From Synechococcus sp. (lineage in GTDB: Bacteria > Cyanobacteriota > Cyanobacteriia > Thermostichales > PCC-7336), in NCBI GenBank assembly GCA_051439605.1, contig JBFRWN010000126.1:1-46063 (forward strand): a stretch of 46,063 nt of DNA, written 5' to 3'. This document shows, in pieces, positions 1 through 8,990 of the stretch. Position 1 is the stretch's first letter, and each line of letters opens with the position of its first letter. A model generated the notes under the pieces. The model did not search any database and was not told the DNA's origin. It saw only the letters and a list, made by a program, of their open reading frames with translations. Made by a program: the position numbers and the translations under genes.

Positions 1-121
1 TCCTTTTGCTGACTTGAATGGCTTCTACTATCACCACAATTGGTTGCACAACTTGCTGATTTCTTCCTCTATGAATGGCCGTAGGTTGCCTCACACTGGA
101 TGACCACAAAATCCGTTAGAA
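1..121 (+). mobile_element. 3' end of an insertion sequence: transposase C-terminus plus terminal sequence; truncated by the window edge
   Basis: Frame from 2 reads PFADLNGFYYHHNWLHNLLISSSMNGRRLPHTG* (TGA 101-103), followed by CCACAAAATCCGTTAGAA. An ungapped copy lies at 33560-33679. From recall, the peptide resembles the C-terminus of unclassified (ISNCY-type) transposases. Confidence 0.7.
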
Positions 122-525
122 CTAGTACAAATTTACAGAACTCGCTCTACCGATTTCTGGATGTTGTCCAGGTGCCTACCAGTCCGTTCTTTGTATAGCT
201 ACCCGCTGCTTTTGCGGAGTAGCGTTGGGGTGGCTCTTGATATCGACGAAGACAAACTTTCGTTGGCATATACTCTCACTTTGGAGTAGGGACGCCGCAT
301 AGGGGCTACAAGCTTTACAATTAAATCTTTCTATGCCTGAGGCCAACTTGATGTTCGGTACCTCATAATTGGCAAAACCGTGGGTTAAGGAAATAGATAT
401 TCTCTTGGGAAATCCTTCTCCAATTCAATGACTGCCAGTTAGGAAAAAATGTAATTGTAACCCTTCGATCGTGAAAGATGCTTGTTTCTCAAGCAAACTA
501 CAGATGTAGCGTGTAGAGCGATCGC

Positions 526-1797
526 ATGGATCGACAAGTTGCCCTCAGAATTGTGGTTGCGCTGGCAATTGGTTTGATTATTGGCATGGAACGGGGGTGG
601 CAGAGTCGTGATGTCAAAACCGGACTGCGCAGTGTGGGCCTCAGAAGCTTTGGCTTCGCGAGTTTGTTGGGAGGACTGGCGGCCCTGATGTCGCAGGAGT
701 TTGGTCCCCTATTCATGGTGGTTACCTTCTTGGGTCTGGCTGTTTTTGCCGTGGTCTCTTATTTTCTAACTGCAAAGGCTTCTGAGGATTACGGCATTAC
801 CACTGAGCTAGCTTTGCTGCTGACGTTTAATCTGGGGGCTTTAGCGGTAGTGGGATGGATGCTGGAGGCGATCGCCATTGCGGTGGTTACCTCTCTATTG
901 TTGGGATTTAAACAAGAGCTGCACCGGTCGCTCGAACAGCTGGATAAAAGGGAATTGGCTGCGACATTGCAGTTGTTATTATTGGCTGCTGTGGTGTTGC
1001 CGCTGTTACCCGATCGAGACCTGGGTCCCTGGCAATCCCTCAATCCTCGGTCTATTGGAATATTAGTATTGCTGATCGCCGGAATTTCGTATGTGGGGTA
1101 TTTCGCGATTTCTTATTTGGGCGATCGGGTGGGGTTGATCGTATCTGGCATTTTAGGAGGTTTAGCCTCTTCTACAGCTTTGACGATCGCGTTTTCCCGC
1201 ATGGCTCGACCCGGCGAAAAACGGGTGCCGCTGTTAGCCGCTGGCATCGCTCTATCGGCGGGAACGATGGTGCCACGACTGTGGCTGGAGTTGTTTGCCG
1301 TCAACCGCAAATTGCTGCCCGAGATCGTGTGGCCTACAGCAGCTCTAGCAGTTGTTCCTTTGGTTGCGGCGATCGCCATTTCTCGTTTTATGCCTGACCG
1401 ACAAATGTCTTCTGCCTCTTTAGCGTTGGGGAATCCGCTGCAACTGCAGGCAGTGTTAGGATATGCAGCGCTCCTATCGGTCTTATTTGTAGTGGTTGGG
1501 GGTATGAGTCGCTGGCTCGGCAATACCGGCATCTACGCAATTGCAGGCATCTCTGGAGTGACCGATGTGGATGCGGTGAGTTTATCCATTGCCCGCGCCT
1601 CTCTGCAGAATTTGGACCTCTCTGTGGCTGCTCTTGGAATTTTGTTGGCCGCTTGGAGCAACACGATGACGAAGGTGGCAATCGCGACGGTGCTGGGGGG
1701 GCGATCGTTGGGGCGATGGTGCGGGGGGATTTTATTAGGGTCAGTGGTTGCGAGTGGGTTGTGCTCGATTCCACTAATAGTGAAAATCTTGGGGTGA
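526..1797 (+). CDS. MgtC/SapB family membrane protein with C-terminal DUF4010 domain
   Basis: N-terminal ALAIGLIIGMERGW...GLRSF MgtC motif; GITTE, LPLLPD, GGLASSTA and GVTDVDA motifs; many TM helices. Confidence 0.9.
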   Translation: MDRQVALRIVVALAIGLIIGMERGWQSRDVKTGLRSVGLRSFGFASLLGGLAALMSQEFGPLFMVVTFLGLAVFAVVSYFLTAKASEDYGITTELALLLTFNLGALAVVGWMLEAIAIAVVTSLLLGFKQELHRSLEQLDKRELAATLQLLLLAAVVLPLLPDRDLGPWQSLNPRSIGILVLLIAGISYVGYFAISYLGDRVGLIVSGILGGLASSTALTIAFSRMARPGEKRVPLLAAGIALSAGTMVPRLWLELFAVNRKLLPEIVWPTAALAVVPLVAAIAISRFMPDRQMSSASLALGNPLQLQAVLGYAALLSVLFVVVGGMSRWLGNTGIYAIAGISGVTDVDAVSLSIARASLQNLDLSVAALGILLAAWSNTMTKVAIATVLGGRSLGRWCGGILLGSVVASGLCSIPLIVKILG

Positions 1798-1825
1798 AGG
1801 AACCAAGATTTCAGTTTCTATTGCG

Positions 1826-2086
1826 TTAGATTTTGAAATCCTCACGCAGGGAGAGGAAGGAACGCTCTCGGTCTTCCGCAGCGGAGGCAGAGATGCAACT
1901 TGAAGAATCCGGTTCGATCGAGTTGGCAGATGCAGGTTGCACCTGTGGTTTCTGAGTCGCTGGTAGCGATCTGATAGAAATGTTGTTGATTTTGTTGGCC
2001 AACACCAAGCCTGGAATTAGCAGTATGGCAACGTTAGTTAGGGCAACGGTAAACCATAGCGGATGAACGGTTGTCTTGTATCTCAT
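1826..2086 (-). CDS. Small hypothetical protein with N-terminal hydrophobic or signal segment
   Basis: ATG at 2086 (MRYKTT...LWFTVALTNVAILLIPGLVLA); co-oriented directly downstream of the 2181-2753 gene. Confidence 0.45.
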   Translation of the reverse strand: MRYKTTVHPLWFTVALTNVAILLIPGLVLANKINNISIRSLPATQKPQVQPASANSIEPDSSSCISASAAEDRERSFLSLREDFKI

Positions 2087-2180
2087 AATTTGAGAACTCA
2101 CGGAAACTTGGTGTTAACACAAAGAGGGGAGCGTGGCGATCTTTCAGATTGTGGAGATCGCTCTGCTCCCCAGGTATGGA

Positions 2181-2753
2181 TTATTCGGAGACCTCTGGAG
2201 CGGACTCACTGTCTAAACTGGGGCGTTCGATCTCTACCTCGCTCGCTTCGGGTTCAGCCACCGCATTGGTGGGGGGCATTGCGGATTCGGGTGGGCGAGG
2301 GGACGGGTTGGCCGGTTCTTCGAGACTACTTGGGTCAAACCTGTCCGTGGGGGGCGCATCTCCACTGTTGAAGCGGTTACTGGAATTTTCGTCACCGCCT
2401 TCAGGTCGCTCGCCTCCCTCGGTTTTTGCATTCTCCCCCTGCAAAGTTTCGTTCAGTGTTTCCGTTTCGTCGACAATTGTGTTGAGACGGCTATCAAAGT
2501 AAAAGGACGCAACAATGCCTCCCCCAATCACGCTGGCCATCAGCATCCCTAAGAGGATGCCCGGCAATATGGTGGGATTGTTCCGAACCGCAGGTTGAGC
2601 TGCTAAGTGGGCATAGTCTCGTGCCGCGCGATCTCGACCCTGCCAATAGCCCTCTTGGAAACTGTTTGGAGCGATGCGATCTGCTGTCTCGCGTTCAGCT
2701 GGACTTGAGGAATTTTTGGGAGTTACTACTGATTGTTGGTCTCGATTGGACAT
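2181..2753 (-). CDS. Hypothetical single-pass membrane protein with acidic, Pro-rich tail
   Basis: 190-aa ORF; SFQEGYWQGR motif, then TM segment GILLGMLMASVIGGGIVASFYF, then a low-complexity E/P/S tail. Confidence 0.75.
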   Translation of the reverse strand: MSNRDQQSVVTPKNSSSPAERETADRIAPNSFQEGYWQGRDRAARDYAHLAAQPAVRNNPTILPGILLGMLMASVIGGGIVASFYFDSRLNTIVDETETLNETLQGENAKTEGGERPEGGDENSSNRFNSGDAPPTDRFDPSSLEEPANPSPRPPESAMPPTNAVAEPEASEVEIERPSLDSESAPEVSE

Positions 2754-3073
2754 AACGTCAGCTTGAATTCAGCACACGTTCTTACGGAGATAGATAAGAT
2801 TCCACTCAAAAGAACGCTTTTGCCCGATCTCGGCAATGTGCTCATGGTATGTATCTCTCTCCCACAAGAAACGGTTGGAGCAGGTGCAGCTTTCTGAAGC
2901 TGTTGGCTGCTAGAGCTCGCACAAACCTTCGACTGATTGGGGCTTAAGTGCTATTGCTCCTACGCAAATCCGCAGAATTTGACGGGCGATCGCAAAGCAG
3001 GCTGCCATGCAAACCTCCCACATGACAGAGTTTGGATCGAGCGATCGCGATGCAGAGTGGGAACTCTGGCAGA

Positions 3074-3330
3074 TCGGACCCACATCTGTTAACAACTGCC
3101 TTCCAATTAGCTCGGACTCAGGCACAATTTGGGGAGTTCTACGGGAGTTCGAGATTCTTGAGTCTGGCCTGCAGGGTACGAAACGAAAATATTGATGCCC
3201 CTACATCCTTCTATCGGGGCCCCGTGGCTCTGGCACCCTCTATATCGTCGCAAAAAAACATGCAGGCAAATGGAAATACGAACTCCTCAAGCTGGTGCTC
3301 GAAGACATTAATAAAAGAATAGACCTACTG
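3074..3330 (+). pseudogene. Degenerate Coa1-like (cytochrome c oxidase assembly factor 1 family) gene remnant
   Basis: 3205-3330 reads ILLSGPRGSGTLYIVAKKHAGKWKYELLKLVLEDINKRIDLL, resembling the bacterial Coa1 C-terminus. An in-frame TGA lies upstream at 3193-3195, and the putative N-terminal helix (SDPHLLTTAFQLART) is in another frame. Confidence 0.55.
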
Positions 3331-3377
3331 CCCGCGGGCTCGTTGGTGTTGAACTGGCAACTGTTAGGAAAAAAAAC

Positions 3378-6221
3378 TCACGACATACTTCTGGAACGAT
3401 TTCGAATTCCCTTCACAATCTCGACAAGGAGACATAGCCCCAAACTACATCCCAAACTCAACGCCAAATCCCCCCACATTAGCGGCAAGGTTTCAAATAA
3501 ATCCTGACAGGGGGGCCAGTAAATCACCCCCAGCTGCAGAGTAAACGTTATTGCGATCGCAATGGAAAGATAAGCATTGGAAAACACCCCTTGGGAAAAA
3601 ACGGATTGGCGATCCGATCGCAACACTTGAGCCAAACCCATGCGGGAAAACGCCAGCGTTGCAAACACCATCGTTTGCCACTCAGAGCGGCCCAGCTGCC
3701 ACTCCTGAAGTCCCACCCCCAGCAGCAACAATCCCAGCAACACTCCAATCCAGGTAATATCCCGACCCACTCCCCGTTTCCAGATACTTTCGGTGGGAGG
3801 ATAGGGGGGGCGAGTCATGACATTGGCCTCCGCTGGCTCCACGCTTAACGCCAGCGCCAGCAGCCCATCCCCCAGGAGATTAATCCACAAAATTTGTAAC
3901 GGGCGCAGTAGAAACGGCATGCCGATAAATGGGGCGATCGCAATGGCAATGAGCTCGCCGCAGTTCCCCGTCAGGGTGAACTTGATGAATTTGCGGATGT
4001 TATCGAAAATCACCCGCCCCTCTTTAATGGCCAGCACAATCGTATTGAAGTTGTCATCCAGCAGCACCATATCGGCAGCTTCTTTGGCCACATCCGTGCC
4101 CGTTTCACCCATTGCCACTCCAATATCAGCGGTTTTCAGTGCAGGGGCATCGTTAATCCCATCCCCTGTCATGGCCACGATGTGTCCTTGAGCCTGCAAC
4201 TGACGGACTAACTGCAACTTGTTTTGGGGAGAGACGCGGGCGAATACCGATGTGTTTTGCAACAGTTGACCCAGATCCTTCTCAGAGAAATCTTGCTTCT
4301 GGTTGGCGAATTCTTGTTTTTTGAATTCTAGTTCGTCTAACTCTAGACCGGTGGTAACGCGATCGCCCATGGCAATCCCCAACTGGCGGGCAATGTGCAG
4401 AGCAGTGGCTGGATGATCCCCAGTGATCGTCAGAGGACGGATCCCCGCTTGCTGGCAAATGGCAACGGCCTCTTTTGCCTCTGGCCTGAGGGGATCGCTC
4501 ATGCCCACCATGCCCACAAACAGCAAAGACTGTTCCAAATTATCGGGGCGATCGACCGGGATTGCAGAATTCAGAGTTGAGCAAGGGAAATCGAGGGGGC
4601 GGATGGCAACTCCCAAGATGCGACTACCTTGCTGTGCAAGGGTATCGCAGGCTGCCATCAATCGATCGCGTCGCTCACTATTCATCAACAGCATCTCCCC
4701 ATCCAGCCAAATGTGACTGGACCTCTCCAATAACCCGTCCACAGTTCCTTTGGTAATGGCTATCTGGCTGGTATTGAACTGCGATTTCCAATCAAGATTG
4801 GCAGCTAGCTCGAGGGGAAGTTCGTGACTCAGGGGGAGTTGGTGGACAGTGGTCATGCGCTTGCGCTCGGAATCGAAGGGCAATTCCGCCAGTCTGGGGA
4901 ACAGTCGATCTAGGTCGGTTTTGTACAGACCGCACCGGGCGGCGGCGATCGCTAGAGCCGTTTCGGTTGGATCTCCCGTTGCCCTGATGGTTGTGTCTTT
5001 GTCCTTAAGCGGTTTCGGCTCCAATCGCTCTTCGGTAGGGCTGAGTTTGTCATAAGACTCTGTTATCAAACAAGCGTCATTGCAGAGGGTACTTCCCGCA
5101 AACAAGAGTCCCCACCCTAGCGGTCCCACGGAAGGTGTTAAGTTGAACTTTTCGAGCGCCACATCGAAAGGGACGAGGATACCGTTGGACTGCGCTACGT
5201 GGGTAACAGTCATGCGATTTTGGGTCAACGTGCCAGTTTTATCCGAGCAAATCACCGTCACCGACCCCAACGTTTCAACGGCGGGCAAATTACGGATTAA
5301 CGCTCGCTGCCTCAACATCCGCTGAGCCCCCAAGGCCAGGGCGATGGTGACGACGGCTGGCAATCCTTCTGGGACAGCGGCAACCCCTAAGCTCACAGCC
5401 GTCAAAAACATCGCTCGTAAGTCTTCTCCCGTGAGTAGCCCCAGGGCAAAAATTGCGGCCACCAACACCAGAATGACCCCTGACAATGTTTTTCCCAGGC
5501 GATCGAGGCGAATTTGTAACGGGGTGGGTTCCCTACCCACTGACTGAATGGAAGCGGCAATTTTTCCCAGCTCTGTCTCCATCCCAGTGGCTGTGATGAC
5601 CGCTGTCCCACGCCCGTGGGTGACGGAGGTTCCTGCATAAGCCATGTTGATGCGATCGGCAATCGCCAACGAGCCTTGGGGTAAAGGGCGATCAATTTTA
5701 TCGCTGGGGACAGATTCCCCCGTCAAAGCGGCTTCGGCAATGCGGAGATTCTTGCTGTCTACCAGTCGACCATCGGCGGGCACTCGATCCCCTGCGGCCA
5801 ACAACAGGACGTCTCCGGGGACAAGATCCTGTGCAGAAAGTCGGGTTTCTGAACCATCCCGCCTCACCCGAACGGTTGGAATCGACAATTTCTTTAAGGC
5901 GGCGATCGCCCGTTCCGAGCGATATTCCTGACTAAATCCCAAGCAGGCGTTAAGAACGACGATTGTTAAAATGGCGATGGCCTCTTGGTAATCCCCCAGC
6001 AAGGCCGAGGCAATAGCTGAGACAATCAGTACCACCACCAAAGTGGCGGTGAACTGCCCGATCAGAATCTTCCATCGGTCAATCCCTTCGCCATCTGTCA
6101 ACACATTGGGGCCGCATCGCTCCAGACGGGCCGCAGCTTCAGTACTATTTAAACCGCGATCGCCATCGGTCTTGAAATGACGCAGAACCCGATCGGCTGA
6201 GAGTTGATGCCAGTCACCCAT
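3378..6221 (-). CDS. Cation-transporting P-type ATPase, P2A (Ca2+/PacL-like)
   Basis: TGES, AAVPEGL, CSDKTGTLT phosphorylation site, PFDSERKRM, TGDGINDAPALK and QILWINL motifs. Likely start ATG 6221 (MGDWHQL). Confidence 0.95.
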   Translation of the reverse strand: MGDWHQLSADRVLRHFKTDGDRGLNSTEAAARLERCGPNVLTDGEGIDRWKILIGQFTATLVVVLIVSAIASALLGDYQEAIAILTIVVLNACLGFSQEYRSERAIAALKKLSIPTVRVRRDGSETRLSAQDLVPGDVLLLAAGDRVPADGRLVDSKNLRIAEAALTGESVPSDKIDRPLPQGSLAIADRINMAYAGTSVTHGRGTAVITATGMETELGKIAASIQSVGREPTPLQIRLDRLGKTLSGVILVLVAAIFALGLLTGEDLRAMFLTAVSLGVAAVPEGLPAVVTIALALGAQRMLRQRALIRNLPAVETLGSVTVICSDKTGTLTQNRMTVTHVAQSNGILVPFDVALEKFNLTPSVGPLGWGLLFAGSTLCNDACLITESYDKLSPTEERLEPKPLKDKDTTIRATGDPTETALAIAAARCGLYKTDLDRLFPRLAELPFDSERKRMTTVHQLPLSHELPLELAANLDWKSQFNTSQIAITKGTVDGLLERSSHIWLDGEMLLMNSERRDRLMAACDTLAQQGSRILGVAIRPLDFPCSTLNSAIPVDRPDNLEQSLLFVGMVGMSDPLRPEAKEAVAICQQAGIRPLTITGDHPATALHIARQLGIAMGDRVTTGLELDELEFKKQEFANQKQDFSEKDLGQLLQNTSVFARVSPQNKLQLVRQLQAQGHIVAMTGDGINDAPALKTADIGVAMGETGTDVAKEAADMVLLDDNFNTIVLAIKEGRVIFDNIRKFIKFTLTGNCGELIAIAIAPFIGMPFLLRPLQILWINLLGDGLLALALSVEPAEANVMTRPPYPPTESIWKRGVGRDITWIGVLLGLLLLGVGLQEWQLGRSEWQTMVFATLAFSRMGLAQVLRSDRQSVFSQGVFSNAYLSIAIAITFTLQLGVIYWPPCQDLFETLPLMWGDLALSLGCSLGLCLLVEIVKGIRNRSRSMS

Positions 6222-6782
6222 GGGGTATTCCAGAGGTTGAAAATCTACATCCACCTTAGTCTGACGTCGGGGATTGACTAGACCCTTAGTTCTATTCGCT
6301 AGCAGAATCTTTTGGGCCAAATTCCCCAAGGCTGGAGAGTCAAATGCGGGATCGTTCTTACCCCTCCTTGCTTCGAGCAAGCACAGCTTTCAAAGCTAAC
6401 TATATCCAGTACAGTCCCATCAGTTCTAGCCTTGGTCATGCCTCTCGCCGTTTTGCACAGCCCCATCCTCACAAGTTACTCAAACATTTTGCCTAGCCTC
6501 AAAAGGGATAGGAAGCGAGTGCTAACCCGTTACCCGTTGAATTGTTTGAGACTGGGAGGAGTGTGTGAGGGTGTCGAGAACGGTCAGAACGTTGAGCAGT
6601 GATGAATCGAATGTTTGCGAGTTGCTTGTTTTCGAGTGACGTCTAGGAACGTTCCGATGAGGGAAGATGTCCCGTAGGGGGGCCATGACTGTCATTAGCG
6701 GCTTGTAAGGTCGCTATCTTTAGACAAACCGAGTGAAAAGAACTCGCTCTCCAGTTGCATTTACTCTTTAATTGGATTGCAT

Positions 6783-7004
6783 ATGAGTACAACAAATCAA
6801 ACCCGGGAGCACGTTACCCAAAAACGTTTGGATGAGGAGAAACTGCGCAAGAATCTCAAAGAGCGCTCCCTAGAGGCGACCGATCGCCCTCACGAGTCAG
6901 AGATTCGCACCGAAAAACGGGAACTCGTCACCGAGCACCGACTACAGGACGATCAGCGTCAAGACTCGATGCTGATGCGTGCAGAAGAGGAGCTCGATGA
7001 GTAG
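6783..7004 (+). CDS. 73-aa protein with two tandem glutamine synthetase inactivating factor (IF7/GifA)-like repeats
   Basis: MSTTNQTR...ER and RELVTEHRLQDDQRQDSMLMRAEEEL resemble IF7 (MSTQQQAR...RQQSMLSRAAAEI). Confidence 0.7.
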   Translation: MSTTNQTREHVTQKRLDEEKLRKNLKERSLEATDRPHESEIRTEKRELVTEHRLQDDQRQDSMLMRAEEELDE

Positions 7005-7128
7005 GTGTATGCCTGTTTATCTGTTACCTGTGTAGCTGTTGCAGTGAAACTCTAGTGCTTACGGAACTGCAGGAGGCTAATTCCAATTGTCCTCCTTTAC
7101 TTTGCCCCCCTTCAAAAAGGGTGTCACG

Positions 7129-7803
7129 ATGCGAAATCATCCTCGATTAACTATTGCAGTTTCAGCGGCAATCTTGGTGCTAGCTGCCATTGTTGGAGGT
7201 AGAACTGCATGGCTTTCCTATACCGTCAATCAATCCTCCGCGGTCACTCAACCCGATCCCCTCCAGGCTGATGCCTCTCGGGCGGAGGACATTCAAGCTA
7301 GCCAACCTCAGCTTGGCGTAATGCAATTTGAACTGTCTGTAGAGGATTCTGCAGGGCTGTCAGACCCTCAAATTTATTGGGTGAAATTTGAGGGTAATCG
7401 ACTCTTGTTGGTGCCAACGACAGTTTCGATCGAACAACAATCTGAGGAGGAGATGTTAACGGCCCTGATGGAGAAGTTGTTGGCCGGTGAAGGGGCTATT
7501 GCAAATGGAACCTCAGCAATTCCAGCTGGGACTCGATTGTTGGGGCTGACTGTGGAAGAGGATGGTGTCCACGTGAATGTCTCGGAAGAATTTGCCTCTG
7601 GAGGGGGGAGTTCTTCCATGATTTTGCGAGTTGCGCAGGTGCTCTATACCGCCACGAGCATCGATCCCGAAGCTTCGGTATTCCTGCTGGTATCCGGACA
7701 GCCGATCGATGACGATCGCCCATTGGGGGGAGAGGGGCTAACCCTTAGGCAGCCCACTACTCGCAATCAGTTCTCAGAGGACTTTTCGCTGCCCTTGAGT
7801 TAA
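7129..7803 (+). CDS. GerMN domain protein, membrane-anchored
   Basis: N-terminal TM; SAIPAGTRLLGL, VNVSEEFASGGGSSSMILRVAQVLYTATS and LGGEGL, typical of cyanobacterial GerMN proteins. ATG at 7129. Confidence 0.9.
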   Translation: MRNHPRLTIAVSAAILVLAAIVGGRTAWLSYTVNQSSAVTQPDPLQADASRAEDIQASQPQLGVMQFELSVEDSAGLSDPQIYWVKFEGNRLLLVPTTVSIEQQSEEEMLTALMEKLLAGEGAIANGTSAIPAGTRLLGLTVEEDGVHVNVSEEFASGGGSSSMILRVAQVLYTATSIDPEASVFLLVSGQPIDDDRPLGGEGLTLRQPTTRNQFSEDFSLPLS

Positions 7804-7909
7804 ATGGCTAGCCAAACTGCCTTTGCAGACCTGGAAGTGTTTGCAGTTGTGAACGAGTGAGTGGTGATTCTTGCAGAAGTTAATAGTACGAAAACGAAGA
7901 AGGTGAACG

Positions 7910-8080
7910 ATGGCAACTCAAAATGTTTTCACGCGGGCATCAAGTGGCGTTCGACACATTTTTCAGAGCATCCTAAGGGTCTTTGCTCCCGAGCATGATG
8001 ACTACCCTGAAACTGGAACGAGGCCGCTGGAGCACGATATCTACAAAGAAAAGAAAGATAAATCCCACCGTTTTCACTAA
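7910..8080 (+). CDS. 56-aa conserved cyanobacterial small protein (absent from ORF track)
   Basis: MATQNVFTRASSGVRHIFQSILRVFAPEHDDYPETGTRPLEHDIYKEKKDKSHRFH*; RBS-like GAAGGTG upstream; RxFxPxxDDYPxTGxxP motif recalled from cyanobacterial small proteins. Confidence 0.75.
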   Translation: MATQNVFTRASSGVRHIFQSILRVFAPEHDDYPETGTRPLEHDIYKEKKDKSHRFH

Positions 8081-8326
8081 CGAACGGGACACAGTATCTG
8101 GGTCGCAACCGTTTAGGCAGCCCAATTCCTTAGGCTGTTTCAGTGATACTTATCCCTGATTGGCCATAGGCATTGATGCTTGTGGCGACGGTCAGACCGA
8201 GTAGGCCATCCCAGCTTTCCTGAACCGAACGAGTACCAACCTTGCTCTCCTAACCGGGATGACCACAGCTATAACTGAAATGGCATCAGCTACAAGTCGA
8301 CTCAATCTTCTAACGATCGAACGCCT

Positions 8327-8941
8327 ATGTCTATGCGGCTACGTTACGCCAAGTCCCTGCGAATTGTGGGCTGGATAGGGTTTTGGAGCCAGCTAATTTT
8401 GGGACTCAGTGCGGCTGCAATTTTACTGTTTTCCTACGAACGTGAAATTCAAAATCATCCGGGGACAGAGTTTGGACTGTTTCTACTATTCGCCTCTTGC
8501 GTTGTCCTCGGAGGAGGCACTCTCGCCAAATTGGTGAACGTGCGGGTGGGTCGACAGTTACTCCAACCCGATCGCCACTATTGGCCCAGGCAGCGTTCCA
8601 TCATACGGTTGTGCGATTTTGAAAGCTTTTTACATTGGACCGGCATGATTTTGGTGCTGTTCGGAACCATGAGTGTGGTGCTCAGCCTGACATCTGTCGC
8701 GATGACAATAGTCCCCGGCATCATTAGCGATGCCAGAAAGACCATTCAGCCCCTTGACCTGTTGGTTATTCAGTCGAGTGTGGCCATAATGACGGGACAT
8801 TTTATTGGGATCAGCACATCCTTCTGGAATTTGAGGGGCTTGCTGCTGTTATCGGGTCACAGACGCCAGCCCCCTCGACCTCATCCAGAGAGAAAACTGC
8901 TGAAGCCCCCTTCTCACTCGTCAAATGTCCTAAAGTCTTGA
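8327..8941 (+). CDS. DUF3611 family membrane protein
   Basis: GWIGFWSQLILG N-terminal motif and IQPLDLLVIQ...GHFIGI C-terminal motif; about 4 TM helices. Confidence 0.85.
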   Translation: MSMRLRYAKSLRIVGWIGFWSQLILGLSAAAILLFSYEREIQNHPGTEFGLFLLFASCVVLGGGTLAKLVNVRVGRQLLQPDRHYWPRQRSIIRLCDFESFLHWTGMILVLFGTMSVVLSLTSVAMTIVPGIISDARKTIQPLDLLVIQSSVAIMTGHFIGISTSFWNLRGLLLLSGHRRQPPRPHPERKLLKPPSHSSNVLKS

Positions 8942-8990
8942 GTTAAGTGGGTTTCAGCGTGTCAATGTTTTTTGACCGAAATTCCCTTCA

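Noticed and set aside
6600..6782. NtcA box or glutamine (glnA) riboswitch upstream of the IF7-like gene
   Set aside because: The best candidate, GTAAGGTCGCTATC, does not fit GTA-N8-TAC, and no riboswitch core was recognisable.
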